From: Azolla caroliniana
Lineage: Eukaryota; Plantae; Polypodiophyta
Reading direction: 5' to 3'
Assembly (NCBI GenBank): GCA_043228905.1
Contig: JBHGNT010000014.1
Location: forward strand, 16,368,001 to 16,432,000
DNA: 64,000 nt
The notes under the pieces were generated by a model. It was given only the letters and a program-made list of their open reading frames with translations, was not told where the DNA came from and made no database searches. Shown here piece by piece: positions 36,052 to 48,279 of the stretch. The stretch's first letter is position 1. The number at the start of each line of letters is the position of its first letter. The position numbers were made by a program, and so were the translations under genes.

Positions 36052-39000
36052 TGTATTATAGTGTATATAATGGCCGAGGGGATGTGGTTAATATGCTTGA
36101 TATATTACCAAAGAGGCATTATACGTTGCTCGTTGTTGACATATCGTATGGATTTTGGATCACGGGATCCACATATGATGACGTGCCTTATAAGTATACC
36201 CAAATAGAAAAAACGGTGAAAGACTTTGCAGAGTTGACACTAGCACCATTGTGGCGGATCATAATATTTCATAGCTTGGGTCAGTTGTTATCCATCACTA
36301 CTGCTTTAAAGTCAAGATGTCATGCAACAGAACATATGTATTGGTAAGCTACAAGTTGTTTAATAATTGCGATTACAAATGTACTTAATATTTTATAAAA
36401 TCTATTGATAGTTACACATTGCATATATAAATAGGATTAAAACAAATATAACTCATAGCTCGTGCGATCGAATGGTGAGTGTCGTGGAACATTTGTGCGT
36501 GGGGTATTACGATGCAATCACGAAGAAGAAGGCTTGGGCACATGTGAACAAGCAGAATGTTGTGAATCATGTCATGTGCCCAACAATGACAAAGAAGCTT
36601 TGCCATGTATCTAGCGATAAGAGTCTCGTGAAACCTTACCAAAAACTGCAAAGACTAATCTATCGCCTTATCGAGCTCTTTCCAAACCCAGATGATTGGG
36701 TTTTAGATTTATTCTCTGGGACAGGTATATACTATAAGCCTAATCACATTAACTTTAATTAAATTTACTCTTCGTTGAAGTTTTTTTTTGACATGGGCAA
36801 ATTCCATGTTTCTACCAAGAACTACAACTGCATGTGCATTAAAGATGTTCATGAACTGTGTGGCATTGGAGAAGGACCCTTCACAAGTGAACTTTATTAA
36901 AACGAGGTATCTAGGATTGTCCTGACCAAGACCACAAAGTTGGGGCAAATCATATCAATGAAATTGAGATGTTCCAGATGACTTCCAGAGAACTAATGGA
37001 ACCCATAGAAGGGTTTTTAGATAATTATGACTTGAAAAACATATGGTTTAATTATAATTTACATTAAACATTTGGTCGATACATTGTCCTTTGTTTGATA
37101 TATGATTGGATAATTATTGTAGCTTGATTTTTTGCCACATTGAAGGTGTCTCTTGTTAATATGTTAAAAAAAAATCCGCGGGATATTAGTAACTCGTAAT
37201 TGAAACCTCTACAAATTCTTTTTAGTTGCATTATACAACTTATTGAACTTATCATTTAAGTATAATTGGCAACCTCATATCTCCAACCTCCACAAATCTC
37301 TTTTAGATGCGTAACATGACTTATGTTGTCCTAAACCCTAAACTAGTTTGGGGTATTCACAATGATATTATACCTTGTCGTTTGTTCGTGTGATTGAGAA
37401 ATTATTATTGTTCAGTTTTTTTCGCATTGAAGGCGTCTTGTATCATGTGTCATTGGAATATTTCTCTCGGTATAATAGTAACTCGATACTACAAACTCTA
37501 GAAATCCCTTTTGGAAGTCTTAGATATTATTATACACACAAAATTTGCATTTTATAATTTATTAAGTGGGGTTTGAGTTTGATATTATGTATAATGATGA
37601 TTAATACAATTATACTTGCATGGATTTTCATACCTTATCTAAGAATTGGATAAAAAAATGTGATAGATTGAATCTAGGATTATTGATTGTCTTGTATTAA
37701 ATTTATTTACTTCTGAAATTGGCCATGTCTTGAGAAATCATGTCCGCATGCGTGATACGTTCTTGAAAGTTTGTTAAAATAAGGTATTTTTAGACATCTC
37801 ACTAATATGTGAAAAAGAGAATGTTACATATTACTCGTTTCTAACGTCTCGGTGTTTACTATAGAATCCTAGAAAATCTACATAATTTGTGTCCTTATTG
37901 TTCCTCCTCAACCTCTTGTCAAGATTGTTTATGGTCTAGAATTTGAAATGAAAACGATTTTTCATCTTGAAGGTCGTGTAGACAACAAAGTATGTTTCTT
38001 GGTTGATTAAATAAGTTGTTATGTGCCAACTAATCCAGTGTGGAGTCTAGAGAGAATCTCAATATCATATAGAAGTTGTAGCTCTCAATAAGATAAGTAC
38101 TAGTTCCTTGCATTATGACTTATGGAACTCGTGATCAAATGAAGGAGAAATTTTCATACAAAAGATCATAAGTATTAATAAAATACCATAGTCATCACAA
38201 AAGGTTACAGGGGGACTTGAACCCATGGTCTCCATTGTATGTATATAAGCTTTAATCAATATCTATTCTATCAATAGATTACTTAAACTTGGGTCATATT
38301 AAACTTGTGATGCAATATGATAGTGGCGTTGAGAGGCGTGACAAATACTATAAGTAGTGTCACGACAAGGGTGTGAAAATTGTGAACGAGACCACCAAGG
38401 ACTTGGATCATGGAAGTTGGCTTTCATGGCATTGTTAATGAAGGTTTTGTGAGAGGGTGTGAAAATTGCGAACAATACCACGAGGAATTTAGACTATGCA
38501 AGTTGGCTTTTATATAACATTGGTGATGAAGGTTTTGAGCGAATTGTGTATTGCATTTGGAAGTACACATTATGTGTGTGAATTCATGATAATTGGCTCC
38601 CATTTGTGAAGTATGATTCCACAAACATAAATGTGTTTATGATAACGTAACCAATGCAATATGTATTTGTTATAACTTATAATCATGAGTATTTGGTTGT
38701 ATGTGTGAGCACAAATAAATATATATTGGGTGTAATTGCATGTGAGAATGTGTTTGTATTGAATTATAATGTGTACATGTAAAATTGAAAGTATTTTTTA
38801 TGCGCTCATGTGCATATTTTTGTTGGCATGAGAATGCAAGGCTCATTTTATCTGAATGTGTGTATGCGTGGGAAATGACCCGTGTATTTGTGTTTGTTTG
38901 TATAGATGTGTGTGTGGTTTGAGCACGTTATTTATGCTTGTGCATAAACATGAGTAAGTGCATAAATATGTTATAAAAGGTGGGGTTAACTTTGGGAAAA

Positions 39001-39430
39001 GTCGTAAAAGCAATTTTGTTGGTATATATAGGGGTAGTTGGAAACATAAAGTTCTTCACTTTTGATTCGTAAGTGTTTTAAGGCAATGAGAAAAGGTAGA
39101 AAGTGAAGGTTAATGTAGTGTGAACTCTATGCTTGGTGTTTCGGCTAGGATTGGGAGATTGGGGTTGCAAACTCAATGCCTTTGTGGCGATTGACGATGA
39201 TGAGCAGCAACAACTCCTATTCTGTCAATGAGAAGTGACCTTGTTGCCCACTTCTCTCTTCATGATATTTTAGTCAATCACAAACCTCCACGAATGAGTT
39301 CCTTCAAGTGTAGGGCTTCTACAAGATAGAACTTGTATGTTCTATTATGATGAACTCCAAATAATATAATTCAACAAGTTTGATCATTGTGATCCCACAC
39401 AATAAAACTTAATAAGTTCTATCATGCGAG

Positions 39431-39811
39431 TAACAATCGGCAACGGTTCGGTTTGAACCGAACACGAACCGCGAAACCGTGGCTTAACGATTTCAATGGT
39501 TCGGTTTCAACAATTAGAAACCACGGTTTTAACGGTTTTTTATGTTTATTTTTATTTTTATTTTTAAAAAATCTAAAAAATCTAAAAAATTGTTTTCAAA
39601 CAATCTTTTCATTTTTAGACCTTATTCTCACATTTTAAGAACATCTTAAAAATTGTAAATAATGAAATATTATAAATTTGACCTATGTTGAAAATTGAAA
39701 CCGCGGTTTTTACGGTTTAATGGTTTAACAGTTTCGCGGTTTGGTTCAGGTTTCAAAATTTTTAAACAGTTTGGACCCTCTCAAACAGAACTGAACCATT
39801 GCCGATTGTTA
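39431..39811. mobile_element. Non-autonomous hAT-type DNA transposon (MITE), 381 bp
   Basis: TIRs TAACAATCGGCAACGGTTCGGTT / AACTGAACCATTGCCGATTGTTA; 8-bp TSD CATGCGAG/CATGGGAG (7 of 8 match); subterminal AACCG/CGGTT repeats; AT-rich centre. Confidence 0.88.
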
Positions 39812-42595
39812 CATGGGAGGTTCTCGAGAAGGATTAACTCTTTTTATTGACACTTTGTGTGGACATCAACACAATGATTTGGGTTCCCATCAATTCTCTT
39901 CCATTTCTTTCTTGAACAATGACCTTTGTGTGGACAAGTCACGTGATGAATTAAGTCTAGGCACTTTCCCATGCTTCGCCCAAAGAGAGGGTATTAGATC
40001 CTTGAAAATCCAGAGATGCGGGTTTTGAATCCCTCACTCAATAATTTTTATTGAAAGTCCACATTTTTGTTGTGTTGAAATTTGATGTTTCTATCATTTG
40101 TAGAACTCAAATACAAGAGGTTTGAGAATTAATCAATTTTCATCTTTTCATATTCTAACAAGTGTTTAACTAAATGATCAAGTTGTTCGTGGATAGATGA
40201 TTCGCTCATGTTCACACAAAAAGAGAGATATTGTAGGTTCAAGGACGACACAAGCATGTTCTTTCAGGGAGAGAGCCTCATCGAGCACTTTTTGCATGTT
40301 AAACCAACTCGTGGGCCAGGCGTGGTCCATTAGATCTACAACAAGAATATGTTTTTGCAAGAAAAAAATTGTCAGTTCACTCATGGAGATCCATTCAATG
40401 ACATATTTGATATTGAACCAATGGAATAAACTTGTTAGAGGTTGAGGTGACTTATCGCTCCCCTTATTCCATTGGCACTCTATCCCTAGAACAAGATCAT
40501 GCATGATATGAAGTGAGAAGATACAAGAAAAACGACTATGTAAAAATATATTTAGAGGGAGTAGTTGTTTTAAATTCCACATAATTATAATAGTTTTAGA
40601 AATTTAGATCAATTGATTTGGTTGACGTGATTAGGATGAGAATATTAGATGAAATAGGCAATAAGGTTAGAAGAGCAAGGAGGGTCTATCCAAGAGATTT
40701 TGGTGAGGTGGATCTATGATTGACAACATGTTGCCTTGGCCATTATAGGGTTTGCATGCTTCCTCGTGACTCACTAGCTTGAGATTTCATCAATTGTCAA
40801 AGCACTTTAATTCTCCTAAATTCCGACAACATTTCAAAGCTCTCTTGTCAATTTATGATATAATTGAATCTTATTTAAGATGCACTTTTCCTTCCTCGCT
40901 CGTGAATTGTCAATCATCTTTTATTGCTTTGTCACCTTAAGTGGGTATTGAACCCTCAACCTTTAAATCACCACTTTCCCATATTCCTTTGATGATCACT
41001 TCGACTTGAATTCCAACCTATACTAAACCATTTTCGCACTTCTCACCTTCGCCTTACACCACATCACAACATCAAGAGTTGAAGTTCCACTCCTTCAGGA
41101 AGTGGTGATGTCTTGTAGAGCAACCAAAAGCATTTGATTTGGGCGATACTAAAGTAAAATAACAAGTTGGGACCAAAATAAAAGAAACAAAGAGATATAT
41201 GAGACCAAAATAGATTTTGGAGATGGAATTAGTCATTGTAGTGGAAGAAAAATAAATTGAAGACGCATCAAATTGTTTACATATATATCACTATATTCCA
41301 ATTTGATAGATTCAATGTCGTTTTGGATACCATCTACAATTCCTAGTATAGATTGTTGCAAAGTTGTTGGTCTAGATGCTCTTCAACTTGTTGGTCTCAC
41401 ACACATGAGTAACATGCCTAGCACCAACAAAAATTTACATGCCTCCATCTAGTGATTTCAAACTAAACTAAAGGCAAATAATATGTAATAAACATTGGAA
41501 AGTCATTATGAAATCCATGGATATAGACACTAAAATTTGTAGTTAGTTGGACCAATCACATGCCAATATCAAGGATTTGATCAACAACATTGACATTCAC
41601 AGAGAAAACTTACAATAATACAAGACATTCATGTTAACCACCATAACCAAATCATAGTTCAAAGGGGAACAATGCCACGAGCCATGAATTTTACGAGTAA
41701 TTATTTTGATTGCTCACATTATACATGTATATATTGTAGCAAAATTATCGGCACATCAACCTACTTTGATATGTTGTACGATACATTTGTTAGGAAATAG
41801 GAAAGTATTGTCATGCCACAAAGGAATGAACAAATTGTGAGGTTGCAGTGTATTGTTTAGTACGAGGGGTCCAAAGTCATGCCAAATACAAGGTGTAAAG
41901 CCATGAGAGGTTGCGTGCATTATTAATAGTATACATGATACATTTGCAATCCCCAATTATCTCAAGTAGATTGATGCCAATCATAGGACATCCAACTCTC
42001 ACTATGTTGTTTACCGTCTCTTTCTCTTTAGCAATGTAATGCGTGGGTGGTATGTAATTCCCTCGCCTAATTCAAGATTTGCTCATCTCACCATGTTTTA
42101 GAATTCCCTTCTGCCTGTATTTACTCGATCAAACATGCTCACTCCCCGACCCGTTCCCCACTTCATTTGCTCATCCTTACCCTTGTCAACAATACTTGTC
42201 ATCATCATCATCGCCAATCTCTCTCATTCCCCACCTCTGGTATGCTCTTGTCTACTTGCATGTAACTTTCTTCCATCGTTGGCTGGCCCTTGTGACAAAT
42301 ACAACTCTAGAGTAGAACTCGAAAAAGCCATACGAACAGGTAAGAACGCATGGAATATAATTAGAAGTTGGAAGTCATGGGTAGAGAACGACGCAATCAG
42401 AGGCGTGGATATGAACCGATACATGGTTTGGCTCTCTCTCCATCGAACCTTTTAAGAATATGTACATATGTATTCGGAGAGCATTATCATGTTTATTATA
42501 GTTTTAACTTTTAATGTTTCACGAGTGGAGTGGGAGAGAAGGGCACACATTTACACTTATAGACTAACACTTATAATTCAAATTCAAAAGATAAA

Positions 42596-42712
42596 GGGCG
42601 GGAAATGGCCCGGCCTGGCAGATCGGACGGTTGACAATTGGAACGCCCATCGTGCGGCTGAGAGAGTCGATCCGAGTAGGCAAATCTGATTCGCCGAGCC
42701 TCAAGGTTAAAA
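42596..42712 (+). promoter_or_regulatory. H2B copy 2 promoter module
   Basis: GGCGGGAAA, GATCGGACGG and GATCCGAG-N9-CTGATTCG. Confidence 0.65.
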
Positions 42713-42831
42713 TGAGCGAGAAAACTCCCGTCTTTCCATAGCTCTGAGAAGCCTCATTCTCTGTCTGCGTCTGTGCCTGTATCTCTCTGTCTCTGCAATT
42801 CCTGTCTTCCTGTTCTTAATCGTTAGTAGTT

Positions 42832-43302
42832 ATGGCGCCCAAATCCAAGGATGCTACCGCTGTGGCCTCTTCTGAGGCGGAGCAGAAGGCCACGAAGAGC
42901 GTGGCTGGTCGAGCCGGCAAGAAGCCTGCAGGAAAGAAGCCCCTCGCCTCCTCCGCCTCCGAGAAGAAGCCTTCTTCTTCTTCTGTGAAGGACGGCGAGA
43001 AGAAGAAGAAGAAATCGAAGAAGAATATCGAGACTTACAAGATCTACATCTTCAAGGTCCTGAAGCAGGTTCACCCTGACACGGGCATCTCCTCCAAGGC
43101 TATGGGGATCATGAACTCCTTCATCAACGACATCTTTGAGAAGCTTGCGCAGGAGGCTGCCCGCCTAGCTCGCTACAACAAGAAGCCTACCATCACTAGC
43201 AGGGAGATCCAAACTGCGGTGCGCCTCATACTGCCTGGGGAGCTCGCTAAGCACGCTGTCTCTGAAGGAACCAAGGCAGTCACCAAATTCACATCTGCCT
43301 AA
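42832..43302 (+). CDS. H2B: Histone H2B (copy 2), 156 aa
   Basis: Histone-fold region identical to copy 1; diverged N-terminal tail and synonymous sites. Confidence 0.99.
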   Translation: MAPKSKDATAVASSEAEQKATKSVAGRAGKKPAGKKPLASSASEKKPSSSSVKDGEKKKKKSKKNIETYKIYIFKVLKQVHPDTGISSKAMGIMNSFINDIFEKLAQEAARLARYNKKPTITSREIQTAVRLILPGELAKHAVSEGTKAVTKFTSA

Positions 43303-43409
43303 ATATGACGCTTGGGTAGCCACAGAGAGGGAGGTATTCTTTCAAATGTCTTCTCTTCTGCCTTTTCTGCTGCTGCTGCTGCTGTGATTATATCCTTTAT
43401 ATTTCATAT

Positions 43410-43429
43410 GGTGTTTTTCAACACCACCA
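43410..43429 (+). other. Histone-type 3' stem-loop downstream of H2B copy 2
   Basis: GGTGTT-TTTC-AACACC-ACCA: 6-bp stem and UUUC loop, about 107 nt after the stop codon. Confidence 0.72.
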
Positions 43430-44574
43430 TTTCTCTGATGATGAGTCATTCTCTGGTTCTTCCAACACATGCATCGTTGTCATAGCATTTTTCGGTGTTA
43501 CTGAAACTCTTCTGATTTGGTTCATGCGGCTTACAATTACGCTTAAGATTGGATTCTTTACCTCCAATCCAAGATTACAAATTGATCTGTACTTATAAGG
43601 AGTATTGATGATTTAGTGCGCATCAAACATGTTGGAGGACAGATTATCACAGTGACTTGCAATGCTAACATAAATCACACATGTTTTTTTTAATATTCTT
43701 GGTGCATACTGGTGTATACAATGGCTCTATATCTGTGAATCGGTAGCATTTATTTTTGCAATCGATCAAACACCAATGTAAGAATTTACGCAAGTATTCA
43801 TACACCTCAACGGAAAAAAGTTGGTTTATGAATCTGTCTGAAGTTAACAACTGTAACATTACAACAGTGGAGATGTAAATGTCTGAACACTTTGTGACTA
43901 TTGCCTTAATGCAACAGGCACAATGGTCCGCCAAAATCTTAGCATAATTCGTTTCCTTTTTTCCAATTGAATCATGTTGATCATCTTTCAGTTGTAGCGC
44001 AGCATGATAGGAGCCACATTATACTCCGCTCCATCCTAGTTATGGCATTAAGATTTTAACCAAACTCTGGATCCACATAGCGATGGCTAACAACAGAACT
44101 ATGGGAAAATGCAAAAAATCCTAATGTATGTAGTAAACGTTTGGTTGAGATGGATGTATATGCAGAGTTTATTCCATGCACACGAACAAGTGTATCTTTC
44201 CAATGTCCATGGAATGTTCATGGTCATGATCTCTCTAATGGCCGGGCGGACATCTCCCTCTCCCCTCATATGGCCGGCCCACTGTTTGGAACCCTCTTGC
44301 TGGAGTTCCATTTCCGGCAATTTGGGCTTGTTTCGCACGATTTAAATTTTGAACTCTTACACATTGGCTCGAAAACCCTCTTGGAATCAATATCCCGACT
44401 TTGACGTCTCTTTTTGTTATTTTGATTCCCCCCATTCGGCTTACGGTGCCGGAAAAACAAAGAATCTTCGGTCTAACATGCACATGGTCGGGACTCAGGA
44501 TTATGTTCGGTTAGGAAATCGCATCGCTCGGGCCGTGGCGTACTGTACACGGGCATAGATTTGAGAAAGAAAGA

Positions 44575-44885
44575 AATATTAATCAATTCTAAGACCAGAT
44601 TTGGCGCATGCCAGAAATTGGTTACAACTTACAATAATGAGAGGGGTTTTTCAATTGACCCAAGTTGATGAAAGCTTGAAAGATATATTAACGTGTTCTA
44701 AGACAAGATTTGGCCCATGAGACAAATTGGTTATGATAATGAGAGGTTTCTTTCGATCAACCCAAGTCGATGAAGCTTGAAAGATAGATATATTAATGTG
44801 TTCTAAGACCAGAATTGGCCATGATACAAATTGTTTACAATAATGAAAGGGGTTTGTTTCGATCGATCGAGGTCGATGAAGCCTG
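44575..44885. repeat. Diverged ~110-bp tandem repeat, about 3 copies
   Basis: TTCTAAGAC.AGA.TTGGC at about 44587, 44696 and 44801, with recurring GATGAA(A)GC.TG. Confidence 0.85.
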
Positions 44886-45014
44886 GCTCTGGCCAAGATC
44901 ATTTACGCTCAGGTTTTATTCAATTGCTCCAAGAGGACAATTGATGCAACGTAATGGATGATATAGACCGTGAAGAGCATCGAGGGTTGGCTCATGTTAC
45001 GGACATAAACGTGA

Positions 45015-45355
45015 ATCAATAAGGCATGGATCAATTCGGTTATATGTAGAATGTAGATTGCACCCTAGACGCCTCTCCTCTCGTGTGGCGCGTGGGCATC
45101 AATAAGAAGGCATGGATCGATTTAATTTTATGTATAATGTAGATTGCCCCCCAGATTCCTGTCGTGTGAGCCGTGGGCATCAATAAGGCATGGATTGATT
45201 CGATTATATGTATAATGTAGATGGTCCCCAGACTCCTCTCGAGTCTCCTCTCGTGTGGCCCGTGGGCATCAATAAGGCATGAATCGATTCGACTATATGT
45301 ATAAATTTAAGATGTAGATTATCCCCCAAGACCCCTCTCTTCTCTTGTGGGTTGG
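45015..45355. repeat. Diverged ~80-90-bp tandem repeat, about 4 copies, upstream of H2B copy 3
   Basis: ATCAATAAG(AAG)GCATG..ATGTAGAT..CTCGTGTG..CGTGGGC repeated. Confidence 0.85.
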
Positions 45356-45442
45356 CGAGAGGGAGGGGTATTCGGGGAAATAGTGGAAACGTTCAAGCCT
45401 CTTATTCTTTTTACCCTGAAAAAAGATTTAAAATTTAAAAAG

Positions 45443-45550
45443 AGGGCGGGAGGGAGGATCTGACGGTGTAGATCTTGTGGGTGGGGGGGTGGGGGCGATG
45501 ATCGGACGGTGATGAGACATCGATCCGAGCCCTCGCATCTGATTGGCCCG
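45443..45550 (+). promoter_or_regulatory. H2B copy 3 promoter module
   Basis: GGCGGGA, GATCTGACGG, GATCGGACGG, and CGATCCGAGCCCTCGCATCTGATTGGC identical to the copy 1 promoter. Confidence 0.75.
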
Positions 45551-45702
45551 TGGGTGAAGCACACACAGACACTACTGTTACAAAAAGCCATCTGAGCTTT
45601 CCATCGCCATAGCCATCGATCTCTGTTCTCTGTGTTTCTCTGTTTCTCTGTATTTCTCCGATTCTTTGAAGTTCTCTCTCTCTCTCTCTCTCTCTGATTG
45701 CT

Positions 45703-46158
45703 ATGGCGCCCAAGTCCAAAGAAGCGGCTTCTGAACCTGAGCAGAAGGCCACCAAGAGCGTCGCTGGAAGAGCCGGCAAGAAGCCCGCAGGAAAGAAGCC
45801 CATCCCCTCTGCCGCCTCCGAGAAGAAGCCCTCCTCCTCTGCGAAAGACGGCGAGAAGAAGAAGAAGAAGACCAAGAAGAGCATTGAGACCTACAAGATC
45901 TACATTTTCAAGGTGCTGAAGCAGGTGCACCCTGACACAGGCATCTCCTCCAAGGCCATGGGCATCATGAACTCCTTCATCAACGACATCTTTGAGAAGC
46001 TCGCGCAGGAGGCTGCTCGCCTTGCTCGCTATAACAAGAAGCCTACCATTACGAGCAGGGAGATCCAGACGGCAGTGCGTCTGATTCTGCCGGGAGAGCT
46101 CGCCAAGCATGCCGTCTCTGAGGGCACAAAGGCAGTTACCAAATTCACGTCTGCCTAA
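45703..46158 (+). CDS. H2B: Histone H2B (copy 3), 151 aa
   Basis: Identical to copy 1 from EQKATKS onward; N-terminus 5 aa shorter. Confidence 0.99.
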   Translation: MAPKSKEAASEPEQKATKSVAGRAGKKPAGKKPIPSAASEKKPSSSAKDGEKKKKKTKKSIETYKIYIFKVLKQVHPDTGISSKAMGIMNSFINDIFEKLAQEAARLARYNKKPTITSREIQTAVRLILPGELAKHAVSEGTKAVTKFTSA

Positions 46159-47238
46159 AGATAGTTTTAAAGATTGCCAGTCATCCTTTTGGAATTTGCC
46201 TATTGCCATCGGTATCATGGCAATGTGTCCATCTCGTTGTGGCTTCTCTGTGGATTCCCTCTGTGATGCGTTTATAGGAAGAAACATTTCTGCACATGCG
46301 TCTTATGATGGAATGTTATTCCTTCTCTTGTATAACCAAGTTGTGAATTATACTTTAGTTAGTTTTCTGAGATCGTCTCTCTTCTTATTTCCTTATTGGT
46401 GGTCTTTAATGTCTGGCATACTTCCAAGTTTGAAATGTTAATTCATATATAATTGGAGAGATAAGTGAATAAAAGTTTGGTTTCTGGGTAAAAGTTACCA
46501 TTTTGAATTATATTACGTTCTGTATCCCGTTTTACAAGATGATTTCTGAATCATTAGTGCGAGTGTTGCAGACAATTGTGCAAAACAGGCAATAATATTT
46601 GAATTTTTGTTTCCTATGTCTTCAGGTTGCTACCATTCACATGTCCATAGATTCATTTTATTCTGTGGTCATGTCTTTGAATGTTGAAACGGGTTGCTGA
46701 GGATACATGTTACAAAATTCATGGGCAGTTGAATTCGAGGACAATAACAGGGAGATAGATGGAGGATGTAACAAAAGTGATATGTAATGGTAACTGTGGT
46801 GGTGAAACGATGTTTCCAAAATTTTGTTCCTTGGATTGTGATTTAACTGTAGAGCTTTTTGAATTATGTGGATAATGGTATATACATACAGCTATCTAAT
46901 TAGCACTGGCTTCACAAAGAGCTGTATGTAAACCACTATCTATAATTGGAATTAACTGTAGTGAGGTTTTGGATTATTAACACTGATTTCACAAAGTGGA
47001 AATCCAATTGTTTTGAGTGATAGATGTGGGTAACCTTGAATCCGGAAGCACCAGCAGAACACCAAAGAATTACTTATCCTCGAACATCTGTAACTAAAGC
47101 ACTGCAACATGATAAGGTTTGCAAATGTGATGAAATTGTGTTTTGCAGAAGAAAACAATGCCTTATTTTCCTATTGTTTCAACTTTTGGTTGTTCATTGT
47201 GATTCAATGTATCAGTTCTTTTGATCCTGTATACAATC

Positions 47239-48030
47239 GATTCATTCCATGGATCTCCTTTTGACAAGGCCCAAAGAGATTCTGAAGTGTCATTGAATGT
47301 TTTCAATTTCTCATGTTAGATTGCTCTAGCCTTATGTTGGCTTGGATCACTCAATTGCTAAGACCAGTTGTGGGTGACTCTACCCATTGTAAAATTGATT
47401 CAAGTGTGGAAACAGCCTTACATGTTGAGAATGGAACTTTGGTGAATGCAATGGTGGGAAGTGCAGTTTTTTCATCAATTGTCATTAATCACATGATGAC
47501 AATATTATGGTCTACAATTGCTGACCTATTATTTGAAGAAATGAATGAAGAATTGATAGGTAAGCCTTAAAGCAAACACCGCCCCTTACACCAATTTCAA
47601 TAATAAAACACATCATGCTACACTACCACCTGTATGCACTTGATTGATTCCATGGATCTCCTTTTAACAAGGCCCAAAGAAATTCTGAAGTGTTATTGAA
47701 TGTTTTCAACTTCTCGCGTTAGATTGCACTAGCCTTATTTTGGCTTGGATCACTCAATTGCTAAGACCAGTTGTGGGTGACTCTACCCATTGTAAAATTG
47801 AATGAAGTGTGGAAACAGCCTTCCATGTTGAGAATGGAACTTTGATGAATGCAATGGTGGGAACTGCAGTTTTTTCATCGATTGTCACTAATCACATGAT
47901 GTGACAATATTATCGTCTACAATTGCTGACCTATTATTCAAGCAAATACCACCACTTGCACCAAATTCAATAATAAAACACACCATGCTACATTACCACT
48001 TGCACTAAATTCAATAGTAAAAAACATCAT
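47239..48030. repeat. ~400-bp tandem duplication downstream of the DUF1218 gene
   Basis: ATTCCATGGATCTCCTTTT.ACAAGGCCCAAAGA at about 47244 and 47647; the copies are colinear over about 380 bp. Confidence 0.93.
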
Positions 48031-48279
48031 TCTAGATATTCCCAATTCCCCCTTTAACCAAACCTTTACAAACCTTGCAGAATAATCAATGTACGTCTAC
48101 ATTGTCCACATACTACATACATAAAAAGAATGGAAAGAGAGAGAGAGGTCTGCAGTGCTTGTTAAGCCTAATGGTACAAAATCATAAAAATTCCAATGGG
48201 TAGGTATATTAGGGAGGGAGGGAGGGAGAGAGAGACTTAAATAAGTAAAAAAACATAAAGATAAAACTTGTGTGGCTCA

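Larger units (their letters stand above)
27110..36925 (+). pseudogene. Multi-exon pseudogene encoding a ParB-like domain plus a C-terminal beta-class N6-adenine/N4-cytosine DNA methyltransferase domain, split by copia D
   Basis: ORFs 27273, 27864 and 28215 share one frame (YYVIGGSQSVEA*RQL..YVGLTHEEAKLLAWHHN). After the copia: LLVVDISYG (36138-36149, motif IV-like), then PYQK..LIELFPNPDDWVLDLFSGTG and TTTACALKM..NCVALEKD (motif X/I/II). GT donors at about 28758, about 28986, 36344 and 36725; intron 36344-36434 preserves frame. Confidence 0.8.

Noticed and set aside
26500-39100. Terminal repeats (CACTA, MULE, Helitron ends) delimiting the methyltransferase-bearing element
   Set aside because: I could not find convincing TIRs, a TSD or a Helitron terminus by eye, so no element boundaries are claimed.
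39850-41120. Decayed coding-like sequence (ORF 40178-40582 -)
   Set aside because: No recognisable motif; possibly an old TE but unsupported.
43435-43520. TGATGA as a C/D snoRNA C box
   Set aside because: No terminal stem or conserved D-box arrangement is shared by the two H2B loci; treated as a downstream element instead.
45319-46287. 322-aa minus-strand ORF (and 25794-26258 +)
   Set aside because: Antisense shadow of the GC-rich H2B CDS.
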